36,524 bases of DNA from a virus. Lineage: Duplodnaviria; Heunggongvirae; Uroviricota; Caudoviricetes. The DNA is taken from the IMG/VR virus record IMGVR_UViG_2778261068_000005; one strand, given 5' to 3'. This document shows positions 1 to 8,830 of the stretch, one piece after another; the stretch's first letter is position 1; the number at the start of each line of letters is the position of its first letter. Under the pieces are notes generated by a model that saw only the letters and a program-made list of their open reading frames with translations, had not been told where the DNA came from and did no database searches. The translations under genes and the position numbers were made by a program.

Positions 1-1050
1 TTAATCGGGGAGCATATCATTAGCTTCGGTATGCTGTGTGGGCATTGTAGATAATGGATTGTAGTGTAGCGCTGTATTAAGGTGATCCGGTGCAAGATGA
101 GCGTAACGCATTGTCATTTTTATATCGTGATGTCCGAGGATTTTTTGCAAAGCAAGGATATTTCCACCCGACATCATGAAGTGCGCCGCAAACGTATGGC
201 GCAGAACGTGTGTCAGTTGACCGCGAGGGAGCACGATAGACGTTTTTTCCATCACGGATAAAAATTGAAAATAGCAGTCTGTGAAGAAATTGAACCCATC
301 AAGCGCCATGATCTCTTCGTAAAGCTCTTTACTGATAGGGATGCTTCTGTTTTTCTTCCCCTTCGTTCTTACAAAGGTAATTCGGTATTTGGTCACCTGT
401 GATCGGGTAAGGTTTATTGCTTCTCGCCAGCGTGCGCCTGTGCTTAAGCATATCTTGACTACCAGTGCCAGAATTGGGTCCTGACGTTTGTAATCAGCCA
501 GCAATTCAACAATCTGCTCATGGGTAAGCCATGCCATCTCTTTTTCTGCGATGGTGAATTTTCGCATGTTCTCCAGTGGGTTCGGATACGACCATTCGCC
601 CAGGCGGGATAGTTCGCTAAAAACACTACTTAGATAGCTTTGCTCCAGGTTAATAGTGACCGGGCTTGCTCCTTTCTTCCATTTCTCGCTGAAGTAGATC
701 TCTCCTGTCAGGCGTTTATCTCGATAGTGGGCAAACATTTTAGAGGTGAGATCGGTTGCAAGGGGATTGCCAAGAGCGTCAACCATCAACAGCAATTTGT
801 CATAAACATGCTGCCCAGCAGTCAGAGATTTACCATGTAGTTTGAACCATAGCTCAACCACGTCTTTCAATGTCCGACGATCCACTGATTCGCCCAGCCA
901 GGGCTTTGCTTCTATTTCCCCCATGGTGTATCGCTCGAAGGCCAGTGCTTCGCCTTTGGTGGCGAATTGTTTACGCACACGACGCCCATTACGTCCGGCG
1001 GGGTAACATTCGCAAAGCCATTTCCCTGTGGTGAGTTTTCGTACTGCCAT
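1..1050 (-). CDS. int: Tyrosine integrase, P2/186 family; likely start at MAVRKL (ATG 1048-1050), not the upstream extension in the ORF track
   Basis: Translation resembles the 186 Int N-terminus as recalled; C-terminal catalytic region has R..HxxR..Y pattern (VLRHTFAAH, MTMRYAHL); sits at prophage end next to the repressor gene. Confidence 0.9.
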   Translation of the reverse strand: MAVRKLTTGKWLCECYPAGRNGRRVRKQFATKGEALAFERYTMGEIEAKPWLGESVDRRTLKDVVELWFKLHGKSLTAGQHVYDKLLLMVDALGNPLATDLTSKMFAHYRDKRLTGEIYFSEKWKKGASPVTINLEQSYLSSVFSELSRLGEWSYPNPLENMRKFTIAEKEMAWLTHEQIVELLADYKRQDPILALVVKICLSTGARWREAINLTRSQVTKYRITFVRTKGKKNRSIPISKELYEEIMALDGFNFFTDCYFQFLSVMEKTSIVLPRGQLTHVLRHTFAAHFMMSGGNILALQKILGHHDIKMTMRYAHLAPDHLNTALHYNPLSTMPTQHTEANDMLPD

Positions 1051-1236
1051 AAAAAATGCCCTCCAGTAGAGAGCATTTTCACTGTATGTATAACCAGTGT
1101 CAATGTATGAAATCCTACGACCATACATCTCACTGAAGCCATAATGAAGTTGGCTATTTTTTTCTATGTGAGTATGTAACTTTTGCGGTTAGCCTGCGGC
1201 TCATTGTTATATTAGGTGCAGATATAAAAGCAAAGT

Positions 1237-1428
1237 TTATCGTGAGTTTTTAGTACAGATTTTTTTGGATTTACTAATAGTTCCATCATTGCAAACAAAT
1301 TTTCCATCGGAGGTACAGTGAGAGACACCTCCCTTTTTCCCAGAACAAGGATAATTTTTAGCATAGGTAGTTAGTGGGCTTAATAACAAAGAGCATGATA
1401 AAACCACAAAAAATACTTTACCAAGCAT
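1237..1428 (-). CDS. Small Cys-rich secreted protein or lipoprotein (63 aa), cargo between int and cI
   Basis: Hydrophobic N-terminal signal peptide with possible lipobox VLSC; 6 Cys in mature part; strong RBS GGGAGGAA upstream on minus strand; AT-rich. Confidence 0.6.
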   Translation of the reverse strand: MLGKVFFVVLSCSLLLSPLTTYAKNYPCSGKKGGVSHCTSDGKFVCNDGTISKSKKICTKNSR

Positions 1429-1443
1429 AGTTTCCTCCCGGTA

Positions 1444-2019
1444 TTATCTAACATATTTAACTGTTAAACTTATAATTTTCCCAATTATTTCAACATCTTC
1501 TATCTTGCACTCGAAGGCTCTGTTTCCACCTTCAACGAAGATTCTTCCACCGGGTAAACGAGTAATGTCGCGGATTGTTATCTCGCCATCAATACTTATT
1601 ACCCATTTACCATCACGTATATCATCAAATTCTTTATCACAAATAAATTCAGAATCGTTATCTGTGATGACAAAAGGTTTTTTAAACGTAGAGGGTAGAA
1701 ATCCCTTATCAAAAATATAAAAACCGTCTTCACGTAAGGCACCATTAGATAATACATATTTAGCAACTTCCATAGTATTTGTATTACCTGAAGTTTGCTT
1801 TGAACCCTGTCCGGTTGTGAGCCAATTAAGCGAGGTGCCCGTTTCAAGGGCGCACTGGATTACCCATTCTGCTGGGAATGAGTCACGCATGTAGCGTGTG
1901 GCGAGTGTACTTTTAGAGATTCCTAAATGATCGCACAACGCCTGTCGAGTTTTGAATCCATAAGCTTCTACCATGCGCTCTATAGCGCCTCGTCCGCCTT
2001 TCTCCAAATTCATGGTCAC
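1444..2019 (-). CDS. cI: 186-type CI immunity repressor (HTH N-terminal domain)
   Basis: HTH-like segment LCDHLGISKSTLATRYMRD; position between int and a divergent apl/cII operon; resemblance to 186 CI. Confidence 0.8.
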   Translation of the reverse strand: MTMNLEKGGRGAIERMVEAYGFKTRQALCDHLGISKSTLATRYMRDSFPAEWVIQCALETGTSLNWLTTGQGSKQTSGNTNTMEVAKYVLSNGALREDGFYIFDKGFLPSTFKKPFVITDNDSEFICDKEFDDIRDGKWVISIDGEITIRDITRLPGGRIFVEGGNRAFECKIEDVEIIGKIISLTVKYVR

Positions 2020-2138
2020 TCCAAGTGAACTTTTATCTTGACGATTTCATTGTGCGATCGCATGTTTATGGTGTTCACAAAATACAAACGATCCGTATTC
2101 GTCCTGATTAATCATCATTAAATGAGGAATGTTGCATC
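2020..2138. promoter_or_regulatory. Lysis/lysogeny switch region (pR/pL promoters and CI/Apl operators) between cI and apl
   Basis: Intergenic region between divergent cI and apl; contains TTGACG and a GCGATCGC palindrome; exact operators not resolved. Confidence 0.5.
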
Positions 2139-2360
2139 ATGAGACCTAACATTTCAATCACTCTTACCACGCCTCATGTGACTATTGAACGCTATAGCGA
2201 GCTGACAGGGCTGTCCATCGATACCATCAATGACATGTTGGCTGATGGACGCCTTATCCGTCACCGTTTGCGCAAAGATAAAAAACGCGAAAAAGTGATG
2301 ATCAACATAGCAGCCATGACCGTTGATGCGCTTTCAGAATGCAATCTAAACCTTAATTAG
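2139..2360 (+). CDS. apl: Apl/Cox-type excisionase and switch repressor
   Basis: 73-aa basic protein, first gene of the early rightward operon; resemblance to 186 Apl. Confidence 0.75.
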   Translation: MRPNISITLTTPHVTIERYSELTGLSIDTINDMLADGRLIRHRLRKDKKREKVMINIAAMTVDALSECNLNLN

Positions 2361-2392
2361 TTCGATTCTGAAATACATCAGAGGCATTGACC

Positions 2393-2902
2393 ATGTTTGA
2401 TTACCAAGTTTCCAAACATCCACATTTTGATGAAGCCTGTCGTGCATTTGCACTGCGCCACAATCTGGTGCAACTGGCAGAACGTGCAGGCATGAATGTG
2501 CAGATTCTGCGGAACAAGCTGAACCCAGCTCAGCCTCATTTATTAACCGCACCAGAAATCTGGCTGCTTACCGATCTGACTGAAGATTCAACGCTGGTAG
2601 ATGGTTTTCTGGCACAGATTCATTGTCTGCCATGTGTACCGATTAATGAGGTGGCAAAAGAGAAACTGCCACATTACGTCATGAGTGCAACCGCAGAGAT
2701 CGGGCGTGTTGCTGCAGGTGCGGTATCTGGCGATGTAAAAACCTGTGCCGGTCGTCGTGATGCTATCAGCAGCATTAACTCTGTAACACGACTGATGGCG
2801 CTGGCGGCTGTTTCATTGCAGGCCCGTTTACAGGCTAATCCTGCGATGGCGAGTGCAGTTGATACCGTGACTGGCCTCGGTGCTTCATTCGGTTTGCTGT
2901 GA
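2393..2902 (+). CDS. cII: CII-like lysogeny establishment activator
   Basis: [20 protein letters not shown]-terminus resembles 186 CII; follows apl; ATG 2393 (TTG at 2387 is an alternative start). Confidence 0.75.
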   Translation: MFDYQVSKHPHFDEACRAFALRHNLVQLAERAGMNVQILRNKLNPAQPHLLTAPEIWLLTDLTEDSTLVDGFLAQIHCLPCVPINEVAKEKLPHYVMSATAEIGRVAAGAVSGDVKTCAGRRDAISSINSVTRLMALAAVSLQARLQANPAMASAVDTVTGLGASFGLL

Positions 2903-2909
2903 GGTGCTT

Positions 2910-3110
2910 ATGCTGACGAAAGAACCATCATTTGCATCGCTGCTGGTAAAACAAAGCCCGGCAATGCACTACGGTCACGGCTGGATCATGGGTGAGGATG
3001 GTAAACGCTGGCATCCGTGCCGTTCACAAGATGAATTGCTGGCAGAACTATCTACGAAAAAACGGGGGAACAAATGGCTATTGAAGGCACTGCAGCAACT
3101 GTTCCATTAA
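2910..3110 (+). CDS. fil: Fil-like small early protein (66 aa)
   Basis: Position immediately after cII as in 186; RBS GAGGTG before ATG 2910; assignment is by position and size only. Confidence 0.45.
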   Translation: MLTKEPSFASLLVKQSPAMHYGHGWIMGEDGKRWHPCRSQDELLAELSTKKRGNKWLLKALQQLFH

Positions 3111-3415
3111 GCCCCGGTGAACGCCTGAATGGACTTAATCATATTGCGGAATTAAGGGCGAAAGTTTTTGGTCTGAATATTGAGTCAGAGCTTGAGCGGT
3201 TTATTAAAGATATGCGTGATCCACGGGATATCAATAACGAACAAAATAAACGGGCACTGGCTGCTATATTCTTTATGGCAAAAATTCCAGCTGAACGTCA
3301 TAGCATCAGCATTAATGAGCTGACCACTGACGAAAAGCGGGAGTTGATTAAAGCAATGAATCATTTTCGTGCAGTGGTGAGCTTATTTCCCAGACGGCTA
3401 ACCATGCCGAATTAA
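3074..3415 (+). CDS. Hypothetical early protein (113 aa)
   Basis: ORF in early operon, overlaps end of previous gene; no recognised motif. Confidence 0.5.
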   Translation: MAIEGTAATVPLSPGERLNGLNHIAELRAKVFGLNIESELERFIKDMRDPRDINNEQNKRALAAIFFMAKIPAERHSISINELTTDEKRELIKAMNHFRAVVSLFPRRLTMPN

Positions 3416-3482
3416 CCAACTAATGAAATTAATGGCGTAAACCCGCCGGGTATCCCTTTATCTAAATTCAGGAGAATTGATT

Positions 3483-3716
3483 ATGCGTAATATTGAAACC
3501 CTCAAGACTAAAACCGGACCGGATGATGCAGGGCTTAATATTTTACTGACAGAGGCTCGTCTGGAAGAACGCCGGGCAAGGGCTGAAGCAATGGCAGCTC
3601 GCCTTGATAGCCTGGCGTGTCATATCACATCCCGCCAGCTAAACCACGTCGAAGCAGCAGAACTACTGCGTGTAACTGCTGAAGCAATCCAGAACGAAGC
3701 GCAGGAGATCCACTAA
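3483..3716 (+). CDS. Hypothetical early protein (77 aa)
   Basis: RBS AGGAGA 7 nt before ATG 3483; coiled-coil-like, Ala/Glu-rich. Confidence 0.5.
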   Translation: MRNIETLKTKTGPDDAGLNILLTEARLEERRARAEAMAARLDSLACHITSRQLNHVEAAELLRVTAEAIQNEAQEIH

Positions 3717-3943
3717 TGGCTGATGCAATGGATCTCGTACAGCAGCGCGCTGAAGAAGAACGCCAGCGCCATATCCGTGCTGCCCGTGCCAAAACGCCGG
3801 GCGTGTCCCGCGTGCTTTGCATTGAGTGTGAAGCGCCAATTCCGCCAGCACGCCGCCGCGCCATTCCAGGTGTGCAGCTTTGCATTACCTGTCAGGAAAT
3901 CGCAGAGCTGAAAGGCAAACATTACAACGGAGGTGCTGTATGA
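3716..3943 (+). CDS. TraR/DksA-family C4 zinc-finger protein
   Basis: CIECEAPIP...(17 aa)...CITCQ four-Cys motif, typical of TraR-like phage proteins at this position. Confidence 0.8.
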   Translation: MADAMDLVQQRAEEERQRHIRAARAKTPGVSRVLCIECEAPIPPARRRAIPGVQLCITCQEIAELKGKHYNGGAV

Positions 3944-4797
3944 GCACCATCCTGAAATGGGCGGGAAATAAAACCGCCGTAATGTCCGAACTGAAAAAAC
4001 ATCTTCCAGCTGGCCCGCGACTGGTTGAACCTTTCGCGGGTTCCTGTGCTGTGATGATGGAGACGGATTATCCCAGCTATCTGGTTGCGGATATTAATCC
4101 TGATTTAATCAACCTCTATAAAAAGGTTGCCGCTGATTGTGAATCGTTTATATCTCGCGCCAGAGTTTTATTTAAGGAAGCAAACAGGGAGGTGGCTTAT
4201 TACAACATAAGGCAGGAGTTTAATTACTCAACTGAAATTACTGATTTCATGAAAGCGGTATATTTCCTGTATCTCAATCGTCACGGTTACCGTGGGTTAT
4301 GTCGCTATAACAAGAGCGGGCATTTCAACATTCCCTACGGTAATTATAAAAATCCGTATTTCCCTGAAAAAGAAATTCGCGCATTTGCAGAGAAAGCCCA
4401 GCGAGCAACGTTTATCTGCGCCAGCTTTGATGAAACGCTGGCGATGCTGCAGGTGGGGGATGTGGTGTATTGCGATCCGCCTTATGACGGTACGTTTTCC
4501 GGTTATCACACTGACGGCTTCACTGAAGATGACCAGTATCACCTGGCATCCGTTCTTGAACATCGGTCATCAGAAGGACATCCCGTCATTGTTTCTAACA
4601 GTGACACATCCCTGATCCGTTCGCTGTATCGCAATTTTACTCACCACTACATCAAGGCAAAACGCAGCATCGGTGTGGCAGCTGGTGATAGTAAATCTGC
4701 AACAGAAATCATTGCTGTTTCCGGGGCGCGCTGCTGGGTGGGATTTGATCCTTCGCGTGGCGTAGATAGTTCTGCTGTGTACGAGGTGCGTGTATGA
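3940..4797 (+). CDS. dam: DNA adenine methyltransferase (Dam-like, N6-adenine MTase)
   Basis: N-terminal LKWAGNK and FAGS motif, catalytic DPPY motif; close to E. coli Dam over its length; start overlaps stop of upstream gene. Confidence 0.9.
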   Translation: MSTILKWAGNKTAVMSELKKHLPAGPRLVEPFAGSCAVMMETDYPSYLVADINPDLINLYKKVAADCESFISRARVLFKEANREVAYYNIRQEFNYSTEITDFMKAVYFLYLNRHGYRGLCRYNKSGHFNIPYGNYKNPYFPEKEIRAFAEKAQRATFICASFDETLAMLQVGDVVYCDPPYDGTFSGYHTDGFTEDDQYHLASVLEHRSSEGHPVIVSNSDTSLIRSLYRNFTHHYIKAKRSIGVAAGDSKSATEIIAVSGARCWVGFDPSRGVDSSAVYEVRV

Positions 4798-6992
4798 GTC
4801 ATGACGATATGAGCAACTCTAGCGGCTTTAACGAGGCCGCTGCATCATTTTCATGGAACGGCCCGAAAAAGGCCATTAACCCTTATCTGGACCCGGCGGA
4901 AGTTGCGCCGGAGTCTGCACTTTCAAACCTGATCACTCTGTATGTTGCCGATAACGAGCAGGAACAACTGCGCCGCGAGGCACTGAGTGAGCAGGTCTGG
5001 GAGCGTTATTTCTTTAATGAATCCCGTGATCCTGTCCAGCGCGAAATGGAGCAGGATAAGCTCATTAGCCGGGCAAAGCTGGCGCATGAGCAGCAGCGTT
5101 TTAATCCAGACATGGTCATTCTGGCTGACGTCAACGCCCAGCCTTCCCATATCAGCAAGCCGCTGATGCAACGTATTGAATACTTCAGCAGCTTGGGCAG
5201 GCCAAAGGCTTATTCCCGCTATTTGCGTGAGACGATTAAGCCATGTCTGGAACGACTGGAGCATGTACGCGACAGTCAGCTATCCACTTCTTTTCGCTTT
5301 ATGGCAAGCCATGAAGGGCTGGACGGCCTGCTGATCCTGCCTGAAATGAGTCAGGATCAGGTGAAACGCCTGTCTACCCTTGTCGCTGCGCATATGAGCA
5401 TGTGTCTTGATGCCGCTTGTGGTGATTTGTACGCCACCGATGATGTTAAGCCAGAAGAAATCCGCAAGACATGGGAAAAGGTGGCAGCGGAAACCCTACG
5501 TTTGGATGTCATCCCGCCTGCGTTTGAGCAACTCCGTCGGAAAAGAAACCGCCGTAAACCAGTGCCCTATGAACTCATTCCGGGCTCGCTGGCGCGTATG
5601 CTGTGCGCCGACTGGTGGTATCGGAAATTGTGGAAGATGCGTTGCGAATGGCGGGAAGAGCAGTTGCGTGCTGTCTGCCTGGTCAGCAAAAAAGCATCTC
5701 CCTATGTCAGCTATGAAGCTGTGATGCATAAACGTGAGCAGCGCCGTAAGTCGCTGGAGTTTTTCCGTTCTCATGAACTGGTGAACGAAGACGGAGACGC
5801 GCTGGATATGGAAGATGTGGTAAACGCCAGCTGCAGCAACCCGGCGCATCGCCGCAATGAGATGATGGCCTGTGTTAAAGGTCTGGAGCTTATCGCGGAA
5901 ATGCGCGGTGACTGCGCCGTTTTCTACACCATTACCTGTCCGTCACGTTTCCATTCCACGCTCAATAACGGCAGACCCAACCCGACCTGGAAAAACGCGA
6001 CGGTAAGACAAAGCAGCGATTATTTGGTCGGTATGTTTGCTGCATTTCGTAAGGCGATGCACAAAGCCGGGTTGCGCTGGTATGGTGTGCGGGTGGCTGA
6101 GCCGCATCACGACGGCACAGTTCACTGGCACCTGTTGTGTTTCATGCGCAAAAAAGACCGCCGCGCCATTACTGCATTGTTGCGTAAGTTTGCTATCCGT
6201 GAAGACCGCGAGGAGCTGGGCAATAACACGGGGCCGCGCTTTAAGTCTGAGCTGATTAACCCGCGCAAAGGAACGCCGACAAGCTACATAGCGAAATACA
6301 TCAGTAAGAACATTGACGGGCGTGGTCTGGCTGGCGAGATCAGCAAGGAAACGGGTAAATCTCTTCGTGATAACGCTGAATACGTGAATGCCTGGGCGTC
6401 TTTGCATCGTGTTCAGCAATTCCGCTTCTTTGGTATTCCGGGGCGTCAGGCTTACCGTGAACTGCGATTGCTGGCTGGTCAGGCGGCAAGGCAGCAGGGT
6501 GACAAAAAAGCAGGTGTGCCGGTACTGGATAACCCGCGCCTTGATGCCATTCTGGCTGCTGCTGATGCTGGTTGTTTTGCCACCTATATCATGAAGCAGG
6601 GAGGTGTACTGGTTCCCCGTAAATATCACCTCATCAGAACCGCTTATGAAATTAACGAAGAGCCGACCGCCTATGGCGATCACGGTATTCGTATTTATGG
6701 CATCTGGTCACCCATTGCAGAGGGCAAGATCTGCACTCATGCAGTGAAGTGGAAAATGGTTCGTAAGGCCGTTGACGTTCAGGAGGCGGCAGCCGACCAG
6801 GGCGCTTGCGCCCCTTGGACTCGTGGCAATAACTGTCCCCTTGCTGAAAATTGGAACCAACAAGGGAAAGACAAATCAGCTGATGGGGACTCCAGAACGG
6901 ATATTACCCGTATGAATGACAAGGAGTTGCACGATTACCTGCACAGTATGAGCAAAAAAGAGCGCCGGGAACTGGCTGCAAGGTTACGCTAG
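4794..6992 (+). CDS. A: Replication initiation protein A (rolling-circle nickase, gpA/RepA)
   Basis: 732 aa; HUH-like motif VHWHLL; Tyr-containing motif YIAKYISK; start ATGA overlaps dam stop. Confidence 0.9.
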   Translation: MSHDDMSNSSGFNEAAASFSWNGPKKAINPYLDPAEVAPESALSNLITLYVADNEQEQLRREALSEQVWERYFFNESRDPVQREMEQDKLISRAKLAHEQQRFNPDMVILADVNAQPSHISKPLMQRIEYFSSLGRPKAYSRYLRETIKPCLERLEHVRDSQLSTSFRFMASHEGLDGLLILPEMSQDQVKRLSTLVAAHMSMCLDAACGDLYATDDVKPEEIRKTWEKVAAETLRLDVIPPAFEQLRRKRNRRKPVPYELIPGSLARMLCADWWYRKLWKMRCEWREEQLRAVCLVSKKASPYVSYEAVMHKREQRRKSLEFFRSHELVNEDGDALDMEDVVNASCSNPAHRRNEMMACVKGLELIAEMRGDCAVFYTITCPSRFHSTLNNGRPNPTWKNATVRQSSDYLVGMFAAFRKAMHKAGLRWYGVRVAEPHHDGTVHWHLLCFMRKKDRRAITALLRKFAIREDREELGNNTGPRFKSELINPRKGTPTSYIAKYISKNIDGRGLAGEISKETGKSLRDNAEYVNAWASLHRVQQFRFFGIPGRQAYRELRLLAGQAARQQGDKKAGVPVLDNPRLDAILAAADAGCFATYIMKQGGVLVPRKYHLIRTAYEINEEPTAYGDHGIRIYGIWSPIAEGKICTHAVKWKMVRKAVDVQEAAADQGACAPWTRGNNCPLAENWNQQGKDKSADGDSRTDITRMNDKELHDYLHSMSKKERRELAARLR

Positions 6993-7208
6993 GTGAAACC
7001 GAAACGGCGTAAAGACTACAAACAGCGAATTACAGACCATCAGCGACAGCAGCTCGTCTATGAACTGAAGTCCAGGGGATTTGATGGCAGCGAGAAAGAA
7101 GTCGATTTGCTCCTTCGCGGCGGCAGTATTCCGTCAGGAGCAGGCCTGCGTATCTTCTATCGGAACCAGCGTCTGAAGGAAGATGATAAGTGGCGGAACC
7201 TGTATTAA
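6993..7208 (+). CDS. Hypothetical small basic protein (GTG start)
   Basis: ORF abutting A stop (TAGGTG); no recognised motif. Confidence 0.3.
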   Translation: MKPKRRKDYKQRITDHQRQQLVYELKSRGFDGSEKEVDLLLRGGSIPSGAGLRIFYRNQRLKEDDKWRNLY

Positions 7209-7300
7209 TTACGCGGGTTAACAATTCGTGCTCTTAATAATACCAGGCATATCAGGCCGATGAACGTAAAAAAACGTTTTACATCAGTAAGATTATTATA

Positions 7301-7320
7301 TACTGTAAATATAAACAGTG
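7301..7320. promoter_or_regulatory. LexA operator (SOS box) TACTGTAAATATAAACAGTG over the promoter of the tum-like operon
   Basis: CTGT-N8-ACAG with AT-rich spacer, close to consensus TACTGTATATATATACAGTA; 40 bp upstream of ATG 7361. Confidence 0.75.
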
Positions 7321-7360
7321 GTTATGTATACAGTATTGTTTTGGTGTCATAGGAGGAAAG

Positions 7361-7549
7361 ATGCAGGACTATTTTTTGGAGTCTTTGAAGCTTCAGCGCA
7401 TTGATTTTTTTCTTAAGCTTGTAGCGGCTAGTGAGTGTAGTGATGAAGAGAAGGGGCTGGCTCTGCAGTGGGTTTCTGAATTGACTGATGAACTTATGGC
7501 AAAAATCAGAAGCCACGAATACAACCGCTCAATGGATGTCATCAGCTGA
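7361..7549 (+). CDS. Putative Tum-like antirepressor (62 aa)
   Basis: First gene downstream of LexA box with RBS AGGAGG; position matches the 186 tum operon; sequence not independently recognised. Confidence 0.45.
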   Translation: MQDYFLESLKLQRIDFFLKLVAASECSDEEKGLALQWVSELTDELMAKIRSHEYNRSMDVIS

Positions 7550-7559
7550 GGTGACTTTT

Positions 7560-7793
7560 ATGCGCATTGAAATAATGATCGATAAAGAGCAGAAGATTAG
7601 CCAGTCTACCCTGGACGCCCTTGAATCCGAGCTTTACCGCAATCTGCGCCCCCTGTATCCCAAAACGGTAATTCGCATTCGCAAAGGTAGCTCTAACGGT
7701 GTGGAACTAACCGGACTGCAACTGGATGAAGAAAGAAAACAAGTGATGAAAATTATGCAGAAGGTGTGGGAGGACGACAGCTGGCTGCATTAA
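7560..7793 (+). CDS. DinI-family protein
   Basis: 77 aa MRIEIMIDKEQ...VWEDDSWL matches the DinI pattern (MRIEV...WESADDWF); RBS GAGGTGA upstream. Confidence 0.8.
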   Translation: MRIEIMIDKEQKISQSTLDALESELYRNLRPLYPKTVIRIRKGSSNGVELTGLQLDEERKQVMKIMQKVWEDDSWLH

Positions 7794-7800
7794 GAAACGT

Positions 7801-7832
7801 TGCCCCCAGGAGGATTCATTCTGATGGGGGCT
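7801..7832 (+). terminator. Hairpin after the dinI-like gene (possible intrinsic terminator)
   Basis: GCCCCCA...TGGGGGC 7-bp GC stem, followed by TAGTTTGGG (weak U tract). Confidence 0.3.
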
Positions 7833-7985
7833 AGTTTGGGCAATGAGTGAAATAAGGCGTAAGGTGGGCGGTTATTTTGATAAGTGATCGTCCGCTTTGT
7901 GTCAGAAGCAGAAGTGGGAGTGTCTGAGACTCTCTAAAAGTTGATGATTCACTTACAAAACCATTTTCCTGATGAATGCTTACAC

Positions 7986-8321
7986 TTACGAATGATCATT
8001 CTGTTTAGTCTTCATGAGAAAATCCCGAATCTTTGCCAAGTTTGAATTTTCGGGGATTGAATCCATGTACGGATCACGCTCAAACACTAATTGCTCAGAT
8101 TCAACGAAAGCCTGCCACTCTACTGGGTCTAGCTCAAATCCCATTGCTGTCATATCACTTTCATCTTCCCCCTCGATCCAGTGGACTAAATAAAACAATT
8201 CATCATCAGGAGAATCATCCTCACCATCAACAATATCAACATCGGTTACAGTGATACGTAGGGTGGGATCGATTTTTGAGACATAAATTCCTAACTGTGG
8301 TATAGGGGGAATATTGTTCAT
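7986..8321 (-). CDS. Highly acidic 111-aa protein; candidate DNA-mimic/anti-defence or immunity protein
   Basis: RBS AAGGAG before ATG; many Asp/Glu clusters (GEDDSPDDE, EGEDESD); between tum module and cos. Confidence 0.6.
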   Translation of the reverse strand: MNNIPPIPQLGIYVSKIDPTLRITVTDVDIVDGEDDSPDDELFYLVHWIEGEDESDMTAMGFELDPVEWQAFVESEQLVFERDPYMDSIPENSNLAKIRDFLMKTKQNDHS

Positions 8322-8700
8322 GGAAACTCCTTTTATTGGTGCTTGCTATTTGAATAAAAATACGCCAAACAGAGTGTTAACTGTGAATATGGAAAGAATC
8401 GTTGTAAGTACCCCGCTTAGGTGTCCCATTCTATTTTAGAGGTTCTCGTGCATATGGATTATGTTATCTGAAAGCTAACTTCCGCTTCCCGTTCACAGCG
8501 AACATTCATCTTTGTAAACCCGTATGATCCGTTTTTCAAGTGGCCATTCAGATACGGATTTTCACTTCCTTGACAGTGCATGACTATGCTGCATGAAATC
8601 GCATGATCGATTGAGGATCGTCTTTGCTCAGATCCGCCAGAACTGGCGGGCTTTTGCTCATGTCATGCATGTGCATGAAAACCACTGCATAAAGCGGGCA

Positions 8701-8719
8701 GGCGTGGCGGGGATACGAG
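8701..8719. other. Candidate cos site (cohesive end)
   Basis: GGCGTGGCGGGGATACGAG; first 13 nt identical to the 186/P2 cohesive-end sequence as recalled (GGCGTGGCGGGGAAAGCAT / GGCGAGGCGGGGAAAGCAC); lies in a 500-bp noncoding region. Confidence 0.5.
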
Positions 8720-8830
8720 CGCGCGCTGTATGCCTGAAGTGGCTAAAATAGTATCTGTCATAGGTACAACTTAGTGTAGTATCATCCATATAATCCATTG
8801 AAATATAATCGACTCTCATTAGAGGTGGTG

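Noticed and set aside
1051-1128. N-terminal extension of integrase (MYGRRISYIDTG...) given by the ORF track
   Set aside because: Homology to 186/P2 integrases begins at MAVRKL (ATG 1048-1050); the extension lacks an RBS.
5943-6683. 246-aa minus-strand ORF inside replication gene A
   Set aside because: Antisense shadow ORF fully contained in a well-supported gene; no RBS; composition mirrors the sense gene.
7488-7559. Upstream extension of the DinI-like ORF (MNLWQK...) overlapping the tum-like gene
   Set aside because: DinI homology begins at MRIEIM (7560), which has its own RBS; the extension is likely untranslated, though a historical frameshift fusion with the upstream gene cannot be excluded.
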